From the NCBI GenBank assembly GCA_964016885.1, contig OZ024742.1, forward strand, positions 62,001 through 126,000: DNA of 64,000 nt. Reading direction: 5' to 3'. The stretch comes from Eledone cirrhosa. Lineage: Eukaryota. The translations under genes and the position numbers were made by a program. The stretch's first letter is position 1. Each line of letters opens with the position of its first letter. Shown here in pieces: positions 1-9,599 of the stretch. The notes beneath the pieces are model-generated. The model ran no database searches and had not been told where the DNA came from. It worked only from the letters and a program-made list of their open reading frames with translations.

Positions 1-138
1 TTTATTTAAGCAATGTTATAATTTTACCTTTATTTAAGCAAAGTTATAATTTTACCTTTATTTAAGCAATGTTATAATTTTACCTTTATTTAAGCAATGT
101 TATAATTTTACCTTTATTTAAGCAATATAATAATTTTC
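1..138. repeat. 28-bp AT-rich minisatellite, ~5 copies (TTTATTTAAGCAATGTTATAATTTTACC), truncated by window start
   Basis: Unit repeats at 1, 29, 57, 85 and degenerately at 113. Confidence 0.95.
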
Positions 139-140
139 AA

Positions 141-156
141 CCATTCCTTGTTTCAG
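141..156 (+). promoter_or_regulatory. Probable 3' splice acceptor preceding the LicD coding exon
   Basis: Polypyrimidine tract CCATTCCTTGTTTCAG ending in AG at 155-156, 68 nt upstream of an ATG in good context (AACAATG). Confidence 0.55.
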
Positions 157-224
157 ATTTTCACATGAAGAATAAGCGTGTCCTTTGAAAGAATAAGTTT
201 TTAGATTTTAAAATAAAAACAACA

Positions 225-1181
225 ATGTTCTCAAGTAAATATCAGCGTATTTTACTCTGTATAGTGGTAGTAGTTTTAACCATCATTCTGTTACAATGGC
301 CATATCAGTACACCAAGATTATTTCAAAAGTATCGATATACCTTAAAGGGCCAAATAACCGAACAACGGTGCCACCAATCTTGACTCAATTGAATTTCAC
401 GATAAATTTGGGTGAAATTCGTACCTCAAAGCATTATTCTGGAAAATTGTCATCGAATAAAACTGAAAAATTGATGCAACTTTACCCGGGAGCATTAAAC
501 TCCGCAGAAAAGGAAATGTTTTTACTAACAGCATCAGTATTCACGAATGCACTTACAAATGCAAATATAACTTTTCTACTAGATAGTGGAACGGCGCTAG
601 GTGTCAGACGACACCATGGTTTTATACCTTGGGACGACGATTTTGACGTCTTGATAAACAAAACAGGACAAACTAGATGTAAAAAGATTTTAAGTTCAAT
701 ATCAAATTTCGGTCTTTATTCTCCACATCATTATCAATGGAAATTCTATTATAAAAATCTGAAGACACTAAAATCAAGACCATTCCGATGGCCTTATATA
801 GATATATTTTACTTCGAGGAAAACGAATCACATATCTGGCATGAACTTACCGTACAGAGCACGTTTCATTATAAAAAATCTCATATATTCCCCCTATATT
901 ATAGATCCTTTGAAGGAATTAAATTTCCTACTCCCTGTTCAATAGATTATTATGTAGGAGAACAGGCGTTAAAATGGTGCCAATCATCATCTTATAACCA
1001 TAGAATGGAAGTCCCCATATCCAACCGTTATCGAACCAAGGTACTCTGTAAGGAGCTGTATCCTCTGCATGAATTCGTATTTCGAATAGAACATAATTAC
1101 ACCCATTATAAAGAAGAATTAAGACGAAACAACACTCTTATAAGCAAGATTTTTGTACCTAAACAATTATGTAACCTATGA
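225..1181 (+). CDS. LicD/fukutin-FKRP family phosphotransferase (nucleotidyltransferase fold), type II membrane protein, 318 aa
   Basis: N-terminal signal-anchor (ILLCIVVVVLTIILL); LicD motif LDSGTALGVRRHHGFIPWDDDFDV; downstream WPYIDIFYF and IFPL...FEG...P.P motifs; several N-glycosylation sequons; uninterrupted ORF; AATAAA at 1181-1186. Confidence 0.9.
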   Translation: MFSSKYQRILLCIVVVVLTIILLQWPYQYTKIISKVSIYLKGPNNRTTVPPILTQLNFTINLGEIRTSKHYSGKLSSNKTEKLMQLYPGALNSAEKEMFLLTASVFTNALTNANITFLLDSGTALGVRRHHGFIPWDDDFDVLINKTGQTRCKKILSSISNFGLYSPHHYQWKFYYKNLKTLKSRPFRWPYIDIFYFEENESHIWHELTVQSTFHYKKSHIFPLYYRSFEGIKFPTPCSIDYYVGEQALKWCQSSSYNHRMEVPISNRYRTKVLCKELYPLHEFVFRIEHNYTHYKEELRRNNTLISKIFVPKQLCNL

Positions 1182-1206
1182 ATAAAATATTAAAAAGAAT
1201 ATGTTA

Positions 1207-1395
1207 GTGTTGGATTGGCAGTATCGGTAGAGGGTCGGACACCATGCTTTCCAGCATAGTTACGTCCCTTTACAATCTGAGTTCAAATCCCACCGAGGTT
1301 GACTTTGCCTTTCATCCTTACGGGGTCGATAAAATAAAGTACCAGTAATGTACTGGGTAATTGCTGGCCTTGTGTCTAAAGTAGAAACAGTTATT
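1207..1395 (+). mobile_element. tRNA-derived SINE (resembles cephalopod SINE families), near full length, just 3' of the LicD ORF
   Basis: A-box-like TGGCAGTATCGG, B-box GAGTTCAAATCC, central block GACTTTGCCTTTCATCCTTACGGGGTCGATAAAATAAAGTACCAG, AT-rich tail; second copy at 3349-3497. Confidence 0.8.
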
Positions 1396-1620
1396 AATAC
1401 AAGAATTATATACAGATCGTGGCTGGTACGTACACACATACATATATATAATTAGTTGTAATAGTGACATGTACAGGTACTTACGTTTCGTTGGCTTGTT
1501 CATTCAGCCTGTCATAAAAAGAAAAATATATAGCTCGGAGAAGTAGAAAATACTCTGACAACTGGTTTCAGAGAAATACTGCTTAAATATGCACCTTGAC
1601 TGCTGACTATTTTAGGTTCA

Positions 1621-1654
<34 letters not shown>
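1621..1654. repeat. (TA)n microsatellite abutting the 3' end of Penelope element 1
   Basis: Direct reading. Confidence 0.95.
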
Positions 1655-1802
1655 GGGGTAACAAGTTATCGTTATAGGTAATACAGTTAGAGGTTGTGAG
1701 TACTCTGTGTCGTGGATAATATGATCTTACCACGGGTTACATGTTATAGAAGACAAATATATTGAAATGAGGGCCGGTGTGGCAAAGCAAAGCTGGTTAT
1801 CC

Positions 1803-3592
1803 CTATGTTGGGTCAGGGTTAGTGGCTGGCCCTCGGCCGAATGTTTGTGCAGAGAAGGTGGTCATTCTGGTATGTCTGCAATTTATAATTATGTCAGATC
1901 TTGAGTTTATGGCTGATTTCAATTTAATGATCTCAGCCGCCTAGGCCAGGTATAACCTGAAGTGGTTTCTGTCGTTGTGGAGTTGGGCCACGCGTCTTTT
2001 AACTGAGCATTTGATCTGGTATTCCATGTTCTTGTCTTTGAGGTCCCAGATCAAGTCCGTCAGTCTTGTTTGGGATCGTTTGGGCCTGTGTTTGATTGAG
2101 CTTTTGTGTCTATACCAGCGCTCCTTAAACGTAGTCGAGGTCGCCCCTATGTAAGAGTACTCTTTTTGGCCAGCTGTGACATCGCACCAGTAAATAATGT
2201 TTTTAACGAGGACTCCCCGTTTAATGGCCATTCTACCTGCTTTTTGCAGTTGCAGTTGTGGGTTATGGGTTTGATGCCACGTTGTCGGTTGTTTGTATTC
2301 TGTGTGGAGTTGGCATGTAGGTTGTTGTGTTGTGTGTGTGGTTTCGTTCTGGGTTGTACCAGTGGTTGGTTGTGGTGCTCTCATATGTTTGTGTATTTTT
2401 GTCCTATTTGTGTGTGCTATCGTGTCGCCTAGATTTAGTGTTGTGGAGAAGGAGAATTTGACAGTGGGTCTATTGAAGAGCTTGTGGTATTTGTGTGTGA
2501 GAAGGATTGTTCCAGAGCTCTGAAGAAGATTCCCGGTATATTTGTGGCAACGTGTATAGAGTACGGGGCGTTGTACCATGGCACGGGTCTACTTCGGGAT
2601 TTACGGTGTTTAGTGTGGTTGTTGTGATTTGGTGGTTGTGTGGGTGCGTTTTGGTCAGGCGTATCTGTCATGGGGGTTCCTGCTATTCTATTGTCGTTAA
2701 GTCTCGGGTCTCTATTACTGGGTCGTTGTGTGCGATGTTCAGAGTCCTTACTGGGGTTGGAGAGTATTGCTTTATCTCCATGGCAGTTGTGTGTAACGCT
2801 GCCTATCCTGCCGGCTAAAGGTGGTCCTTGCTTAGTATTATTTCTAGGTGGGGTGTCCTCGTCTATATGCGTTTCTAAAGGTCTGTTTGGGTTTAGCAGC
2901 GTTGCGGTTCTAGTTTGGTCATTGTAAGTTATCGTCTCATTATACCCAACCTTTTCAAGTGCGGAGTTATAGTATTCCGCGTGCTGGTTGAAGATAGTTC
3001 TGTTCACCGACAGGGTGGACACTCTGTAGGAAACACTCTTAAATATTGAGTTAATTATGCTCCTAGGGTGGTTTGAATGTCTGTTGACATATTTCAGGTT
3101 TTCGTTGGGTTTATGGTAAGGGCGGTAGAGACCTGTGTCAAATTCTAACGTGACGTCTAAGAAGTTTACTGTCCTACTGTTGGGTTCTATTTCTACCGCT
3201 AAACTTTGGGTCTTAAAGATATATCTAAGTCGTTTGTGTAGTCTATCTAATTGGGTATTATTGAGTCCACGGGCCATGAGTAGGGCGTCGTCCCGGCACA
3301 AGCCTCCGCCCATGCTGGATATCTTGTCCGTTATTATATTTAGGAGGCGCCATGCTTTCCAGCATAGTTACGTCCCTTTACGATCTGAGTTCAAATCCCG
3401 CCGAGGTTGACTTTGCCTTTCATCCTTACGGGGTCGATGAAATAAAGTACCAGTAACGCACTGGGTAATTGCTGGCCTTGTGCCTAAAGTAGAAACAATT
3501 ATATTTAGGAGGCCCACTACATCAGTAATCTGTGCGGAGTCACTAGACCCCATAGTAATGTCGAAGCTATCTGGTCTATTTTGTCGTTCCGA
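1803..3592 (-). pseudogene. Disrupted Penelope RT/GIY-YIG ORF
   Basis: SINE insertion at 3349-3497; frameshifts near 2500 and 2212 (one more implied between them); premature TAG at 1941-1943 (homology continues AAEIIKLKSAINSRSDIIINCRH). Confidence 0.88.
3349..3497 (+). mobile_element. 5'-truncated SINE copy inserted in the Penelope RT with a 16-bp target-site duplication
   Basis: ATTATATTTAGGAGGC at 3333-3348 and 3498-3513; about 6 transitions versus the copy at 1242-1389. Confidence 0.92.
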
Positions 3593-3595
3593 TAA

Positions 3596-3599
3596 TTAT

Positions 3600-3645
<46 letters not shown>

Positions 3646-3756
3646 GGTAAATATTGATGCAATTCAATTCAAGCACTCAACGTACTTTTTCCACATAGGA
3701 GTGACGGAGTAAATATCGAATAAGGAAAAGCGAACATCTGAAACTACTTCGCTTTT

Positions 3757-3841
<85 letters not shown>

Positions 3842-3976
3842 ATTGAGATAAGCGGAGCAAGTAAGATTCAAACAATATTTTAAAATATGTCAAATTAATA
3901 CCATAGAACAACCACTGTATCATAGACACCCTATATATTTCCAGAGGTACTTAGTACCTGTGGGGATATTAATCTC

Positions 3977-4040
<64 letters not shown>
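3596..4040. repeat. Cluster of (TA)n microsatellites (3596-3641, 3759-3835, 3980-4039) separated by ~120-140 bp repeat-derived islands
   Basis: Direct reading; islands carry hairpins AGGAAAAGCGAA...TTCGCTTTTCCT and CCAGAGGTAC-TTA-GTACCTGTGG. Confidence 0.9.
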
Positions 4041-4044
<4 letters not shown>

Positions 4045-4087
4045 AATAATAGGAGGCTGGACTGGTGTAATTCCTTAGACGTTTATT

Positions 4088-4144
4088 ATACTATGAACAT
4101 TTCAATGACCGGGTTCATATGAATCCGGTGACATCCTCAGGTAT
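4088..4144 (-). ncRNA. Minimal type I hammerhead ribozyme motif (Penelope pLTR type)
   Basis: Minus strand: ATAC-CTGAGGA-[TGTCACCGGATTCATATGAACCCGGTCATT stem II]-GAAA-TG TT CAT-A-GTAT; stem I ATAC/GTAT, stem III ATG/CAT, AUA cleavage triplet, followed by AATAAA. Confidence 0.65.
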
Positions 4145-4566
4145 TCGAAATTTAACAAAGGAATATAATCCATGGGGCTGATAAGGCAACGACATATATA
4201 TATATTGAAGCAACGTGTTGAAGTGCAGGAGAAACTTCCAATCCATACTGGCGATTTATCAATTTTTCATTGAATAGAATTATATAAGTGAACAAAGAAA
4301 GTATTTATCAATTGGTCAGAGATTTATAAACATACTCACATACAGGCACACGTACATAAGGCCAATGACCTCCGCCGATCCCATCCAACAGTTTCTCCTA
4401 CCACCAGAAAATGTATAAATACCACCATATCACATTGACAGCCGGCTTTCTTGGTGATTTCCTTCGAATAAAACAGTTCTAGTCCCGTAGAAGCCATTTC
4501 TATATTAAGCATATATACTCTGCTATGTATTGAGTACCTTACTACGGTTACCCCTGATTGAACGGG

Positions 4567-4698
<132 letters not shown>

Positions 4699-4932
4699 AC
4701 TAGCTGAATTGCGCGGCGTTGCCCGGGTTACTGCTGTTCTTATTCAGATTATACGTTTACTATAGTTGACTATACAAATATTATGTTAGATGAAACTGTA
4801 TATTGCTTTAATCCAAATGAAAATAAAAATGATATGTTCACACTCCCGGGGTCTAATACTTGTAAAATTTGATTTGATTTGGTCCAGCCGTTAGAGAATG
4901 TATAGGACAGACAGGCAGACAGAGAGACAAAG

Positions 4933-4935
<3 letters not shown>
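4699..4935 (-). mobile_element. Short non-autonomous Helitron-like (Lep1/HINE-type) element
   Basis: ACTAG end (CTAG-3' on minus strand) with adjacent GC-rich imperfect palindrome GCGCGGCGTTGCCCGGGT; other end AAAATTTG...GGTCCAGCCGTT...(GACA)n-like tract running into (TA)n. Confidence 0.6.
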
Positions 4936-5510
<575 letters not shown>

Positions 5511-5517
5511 TATATAT

Positions 5518-6997
5518 AGGAAAAGGTATGAGCCCGTCGGCAGAGCTCAAGCCGTTTCGACGGCTATTTCTGGACTAAATTAGAATTTTTAGCCTGGTAA
5601 ATATATAGCCGAACTTGTCATGTGGTACTTCCTTATATGGGAAGATTGTAGTTGTCAAGAGGATTGGTCAAATTTTGTTGTAAACACAAATAAATCTATC
5701 ATGGCATTTGGTGGGAGGTAGGGGTGGCTGAACTCCCCTGTAGAACAATGAGGGAGTGAGTAAAGCCTGTTAGGCGTTGAAAGTGAAATCTATACAGCAG
5801 ATTCTAAGGATAGTGTATGAAAAGTCGAAAAATTGTTCTGGAGAAAAAGGAGGAGAGGTAGGTAAGTCAAATGAGGGTAGGAGACAATGAAAATTAAAAT
5901 ATATATAAAAAATTAGATAGTGAGAAATGAATAAAAAAACAAAACAAAAACAGTAGAGTCTAGAAACAGCTGCTGTAATTAGTAGGTGTTGCTTGTACGA
6001 CAAAGCTATAGAAAAGTTTAATAAGTTGAGAAGGGAAAATACTAAATAAGAAATTATAGAAGTGGGTAGTGAAAAATATAATGCAAACTTTTCAGGGGGT
6101 CTAACACAGCTGCTATAAATAGTTAGTAAAGCATAATCCGCCAATGCTATCTTACAATTACAGGTAAATAAGTTGATAATATAAAATACTAAATAAGAAA
6201 TTTTGAAATTGTAGAATTGGAGCAATAACAAAAATTATACAAAATTACAGGGGTCTAACACATCTGCTATAAATAGTTAGTAAAGCGTAATCGGCCAATT
6301 CTATCTTAAAATTACAGGGGTGGGGGTTCTGAGGCTACAGAGGACCGATGGGTTGCATCGGGGTAGGCGAAAGGGGGAAAAATAGACGAGGAAGAAGATC
6401 AGGGGTGGAAGGAAGTGATAGGATGAGACGGGGGGAAGAAGAAAACATAGAGGAAAAGAAAAGAGGTACGTCTACCTATGTAAGCTGGGGTTTCCCCTAA
6501 CTTATTCGGCAAGTGGGGGGTATCAGCTCTTCTCTACCCACCCGGGGCGTTATGGGGTTTGAGGGCGAGGTAAGTCCTACGCAATCTGTGTTTGCATGCG
6601 GTTACCAGTTCGTCTTTCTTGTTTAGGAGTTGGTCCTTCGAAAACAGCATTTGTAATGTTTCCTCCGAGCATAAGTTACACGGACGACGTCCTCCCGTGT
6701 AAGAGTTAGCTCTGGACAGTAAGCTCCAAGTGAGATTTGAGGTCCCAGATGTGGCTCGAAAGTGTAGTGTCATGTCGCCGGACCGGGTTTCGGAAAGTAT
6801 GTCGGTGTTGGTAGAGCCGGGCCTTGAAGTCACAAGCGGTTAATCCTATATAAGCTTTGTTGGAGGTGTCCGTCCTCACGTTGCACTGGTAGATCAAGTT
6901 ACGTTCTCGGCATCTGTTGTTGAGGGGGCACATAGATCTATCAGGGCAGTTACACCTCCTGGTCGGCTCTCCACTGATGTCTAGGTTGTTTCTTCTA
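5518..6997 (-). mobile_element. Penelope-like retroelement 2: GIY-YIG endonuclease remnant plus ~1 kb putative 3' region
   Basis: RRCNCPDRSMCPLNNRCRERNLIYQC..AYIGLTACDFKARLYQHRHTF..TTLSSHIWDLK, frameshift, then WSLLSRANSYTGGRRPCNLCSEE..LLNKKDELVTACKH, stop at 6534; left boundary at a short TA run is inferred. Confidence 0.82.
6036..6318. repeat. Imperfect ~150-bp tandem duplication within the Penelope 3' region
   Basis: ~70-bp blocks 6093-6164 and 6248-6318 nearly identical; AAAATACTAAATAAGAAATT at ~6036 and ~6183. Confidence 0.85.
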
Positions 6998-7620
6998 CAA
7001 ATGAAATAGCGTAATTTTGGCTTTGCAGGGGGAGAAGATCACCTTGCTTAAGCAAGGAATGCTGTGAAAATATTCCTGGCCAAATTGAATGTCATCGAAA
7101 GGAATCTTTGTTGACGGGAATTCTATAATTTTCCTAGTGTCGCCAATGTTCAAAACATTGTAAGCGATGACCAACACCAAATTTATACCACTCACCTCCG
7201 TGCACTACAAGACAACATGAGAGAACGGTTTGTCAACCTTTTGCCGATGGACATCCCAATGTGGATAGCAGATGCTTTCATAGCTAACGTCGATGATTTA
7301 GACGTTAAATTTCAGGAAGAATTCATTGAACTTCAAGCAGATGACATGATCAAAATTAGATTTCCCAAAATAGGTGAACCCCTTTTTGGGATGCAAGAGG
7401 AAATTCAGCGTTGATTTCCACACCTACATGCAGAGGCTAAGAGCCTTTTCCAAGCTCATACTTAGCCAAGAGGAGGTTTGGTGTTGTTTCCAGACTACAC
7501 AGTAAGGCTCGCAACCGCTACAATGTAATTACACGTGGAGATCTCTGGCTACATATTAGGAAAATTCAGCCTCACGTCAAAGAGTTAGCTAGACTCCATG
7601 AAGCTCAAGGGTCCAATTGA
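6998..7620 (+). pseudogene. Decayed hAT (Buster/Charlie; ZBED5/ZBED8/SCAND3-like) transposase C-terminus
   Basis: Across frames: LQGEKITL..FLAKL..REFYNFPS..YTTHLRALQDNMRERF..IPMWIADAF..FQEEFIELQAD..FW..FPHL..SSYL..F..KARNR..RGDL..IQP..HEAQGSN*; internal stops and frameshifts. Confidence 0.85.
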
Positions 7621-7780
7621 AATGAGTCAAAGTTAAAGTAAGTTGATTTATACGAAAACTTGGATATGCTATTGTTACAAAGCAAACTAACAATTTTTAT
7701 TTGTAGTTGCAGGCTGGCTGGACTGGAAACCATCTACTACAATTCAATTACTCATTTGTTGTGTATATTTTACCATTTAT

Positions 7781-7833
7781 TATATATTTTAAACCCTAAA
7801 CTGTCTTTCACTGTTTAGGGTTTAAAATATATA
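7781..7833. repeat. Perfect 21-bp inverted repeat with 11-nt loop, containing CCCTAAA/TTTAGGG
   Basis: TATATATTTTAAACCCTAAAC-tgtctttcact-GTTTAGGGTTTAAAATATATA. Confidence 0.9.
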
Positions 7834-7903
7834 TAACTATAAAAGGTTTTAGTATATACATAACCATAAATAGTATCCTTAATACTATAAATATATATAT
7901 AGT

Positions 7904-7950
7904 CTAACAAAGTTCTTTCGTTGCACATCTGCAACATCATCAGTGGTACT
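7904..7950 (-). ncRNA. Degenerate minimal hammerhead ribozyme motif (Penelope pLTR type)
   Basis: Minus strand: TACCA-CTGATGA-T-GTTGCA gatg TGCAAC-GAAA-G AA C T T-TGTTA; perfect stem II, one mismatch in stem I; abuts a TA run. Confidence 0.55.
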
Positions 7951-8160
7951 ATTATGTTTCCTCACATTGTATTGATTTGTACTGTAATGTCTACACCATT
8001 TTGATTTTATTTATTTATTCTTGTCTCCGTCTCTGCGCATGCGTTTGCGTGTCTGTATAATGTTTGGTGTGTTCGCGTTTGAGTGTATGTGTTTATGTTT
8101 TTATATTCTATCTTTGTTTACTAGTGTGTGTTTATATATGTTTGTTGTTATTGTACTTGT

Positions 8161-8165
8161 GTATA

Positions 8166-8212
<47 letters not shown>

Positions 8213-8385
8213 GTATATATACACATACATATACACACATATGTATATATACATATACACATACACACACACATATATATATACATATACACACACATAA
8301 ATATATATACATATACATATACACACATATATATATACATATACATATACACACACATGTATATATGCATACATATACACACACA
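8161..8385. repeat. Compound TA/CA/CATATA low-complexity microsatellite
   Basis: Direct reading. Confidence 0.9.
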
Positions 8386-8399
8386 AAGAAAGAGGTAGA

Positions 8400-8442
8400 G
8401 AATTCTGGCCGGTTTTGGCCGGTTTGAACACTACAGGGTTAA
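8400..8442. mobile_element. Solo piggyBac-like MITE terminus
   Basis: TGGCCGGTTTTGGCCGGTTTGAACACTACAGGG followed by TTAA, the piggyBac target sequence; partner end not found. Confidence 0.4.
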
Positions 8443-8635
8443 ATCGTCGTTGGTTTTATTAAAATACCTTGTTAGGTAAGAGAACAAGTTGACAAGAAGT
8501 CAGATAAAAGTATTGTAACCTACCCAAATTAAATATTCTTATTTTCCCTAGTCTTTCTTTTATTATTCTTTTATCTTTATTTGTATTCTTTTTTCCAATA
8601 AACACGTTTTATTGAGAATAGTCTCTGAAGAATGA

Positions 8636-8688
8636 AGAAAAGGAAGGAAGGAAGAAAGGAAGAAAGGAAGGAAAGGTAGGAAGGAAGG
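8636..8688. repeat. (GGAA)n-like purine tract
   Basis: Direct reading. Confidence 0.85.
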
Positions 8689-8850
8689 GTCATGAAACCG
8701 TATCATGAGAATATTGATTTGAAAAGGAAGCAAGACGGAAAAAAAAAGAAATAAAATCATTTAAGCAAAATAAAACAAATTTATTGAATACTCCCTATTT
8801 TAGAAATGTTTAACAGAAGCATTTCTGTTCCCACGTTTGTGGTAGTCTAC

Positions 8851-9131
8851 ACGTGTATATGTATATATATGTGTGTATATGTATATATATGTGTGTATAT
8901 GTATATGTATATATACATGTGTGTATATATACATATATATATACACACACATATACATATACATATACACATACATATACCTATACACACATATATATAC
9001 ATATACACACATATATATACATATATACACAAATATATACATATACACACATATATATACATATACACACAAATATATACATATACACACATATATAGAC
9101 ATATACACACATATATATACATATACACACA
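8851..9131. repeat. Fold-back compound microsatellite with ~20-bp period (TG-rich half, then its CA-rich complement)
   Basis: GTGTATATGTATATATATGT units switch at ~8930 to ACATATATATACATATACAC units. Confidence 0.8.
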
Positions 9132-9145
9132 CCATCAGTCGAGAC

Positions 9146-9233
9146 GAAGAAGAAAAAGAGGAAGGAGAAGAAGAAGAAGAAGAAGAAGAAGAAGAAGAAG
9201 AAGAAGAAGAAGAAGAAGAAGAAGAAGAAGAAG

Positions 9234-9277
<44 letters not shown>

Positions 9278-9350
9278 AAGAAAACAACAACAACAACAAC
9301 AGCAGCAGCAGCAGCAGCAGCAAAAACAACAACAGCCAAAACCACCACCA
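9146..9350. repeat. Serial trinucleotide microsatellites (GAA)n-(CAA)n-(CAG)n-(CAA)n-(CCA)n
   Basis: Direct reading. Confidence 0.95.
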
Positions 9351-9599
9351 CTTTTGTATGTTCATAGATCTCTGAAGATCAGTCGGCCCTCAACGTACAT
9401 TCAACAGTAACCACAACTAACCCTAACCCTAACCCTCAACGTACATTCAACACTAACCACCCTAACCCTAACCCTCACTCTAAACCTAACGCTCAACATA
9501 CATTCAACAGTAAGCAGCCTAACCCTAACCCTAACCCTCAACGTACATTCAACAGTAACCACTCTAACCCTAAGCCTAACTCTAAACCTAACGCTCAAC

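Larger units (their letters stand above)
1655..3595 (-). mobile_element. Penelope-like retroelement 1 (RT C-terminal half + GIY-YIG endonuclease), 5'-truncated and inactivated
   Basis: Minus-strand translation: FDITMGSSDSAQITDVVGL, RT core CRDD (normally YRDD), VNFLDVTL, YRPYHKPNENLKYVNRHSNHP, WYNAPYS..TNI, HKLFNRPTVKFSFS, CNC..PLNGE, IIY..YIGATSTTFKERWYRHKSS, INSRSDII..CRH; natural stop near 1803; (TA)n on both sides. Confidence 0.92.

Noticed and set aside
1242-3497. Direct repeats flanking the Penelope ORF read as LTRs/pLTRs
   Set aside because: They are SINE copies; the second has its own TSD and interrupts the RT, which continues beyond it
3674-3688. CACTCAACGTACTTT matches the start of the satellite spacer
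   Set aside because: Only 12-13 bp with no further similarity; insufficient to claim the spacer derives from this island
8415-8442. piggyBac-like end (TTAACCCTGTAGTGTTCAAAC on the minus strand) as the source of the satellite unit
   Set aside because: Similarity is limited to TAACCCT and TTCAA; not significant
9372-9378. CTGAAGA hammerhead half-core at the satellite junction
   Set aside because: No downstream stem II-GAAA partner
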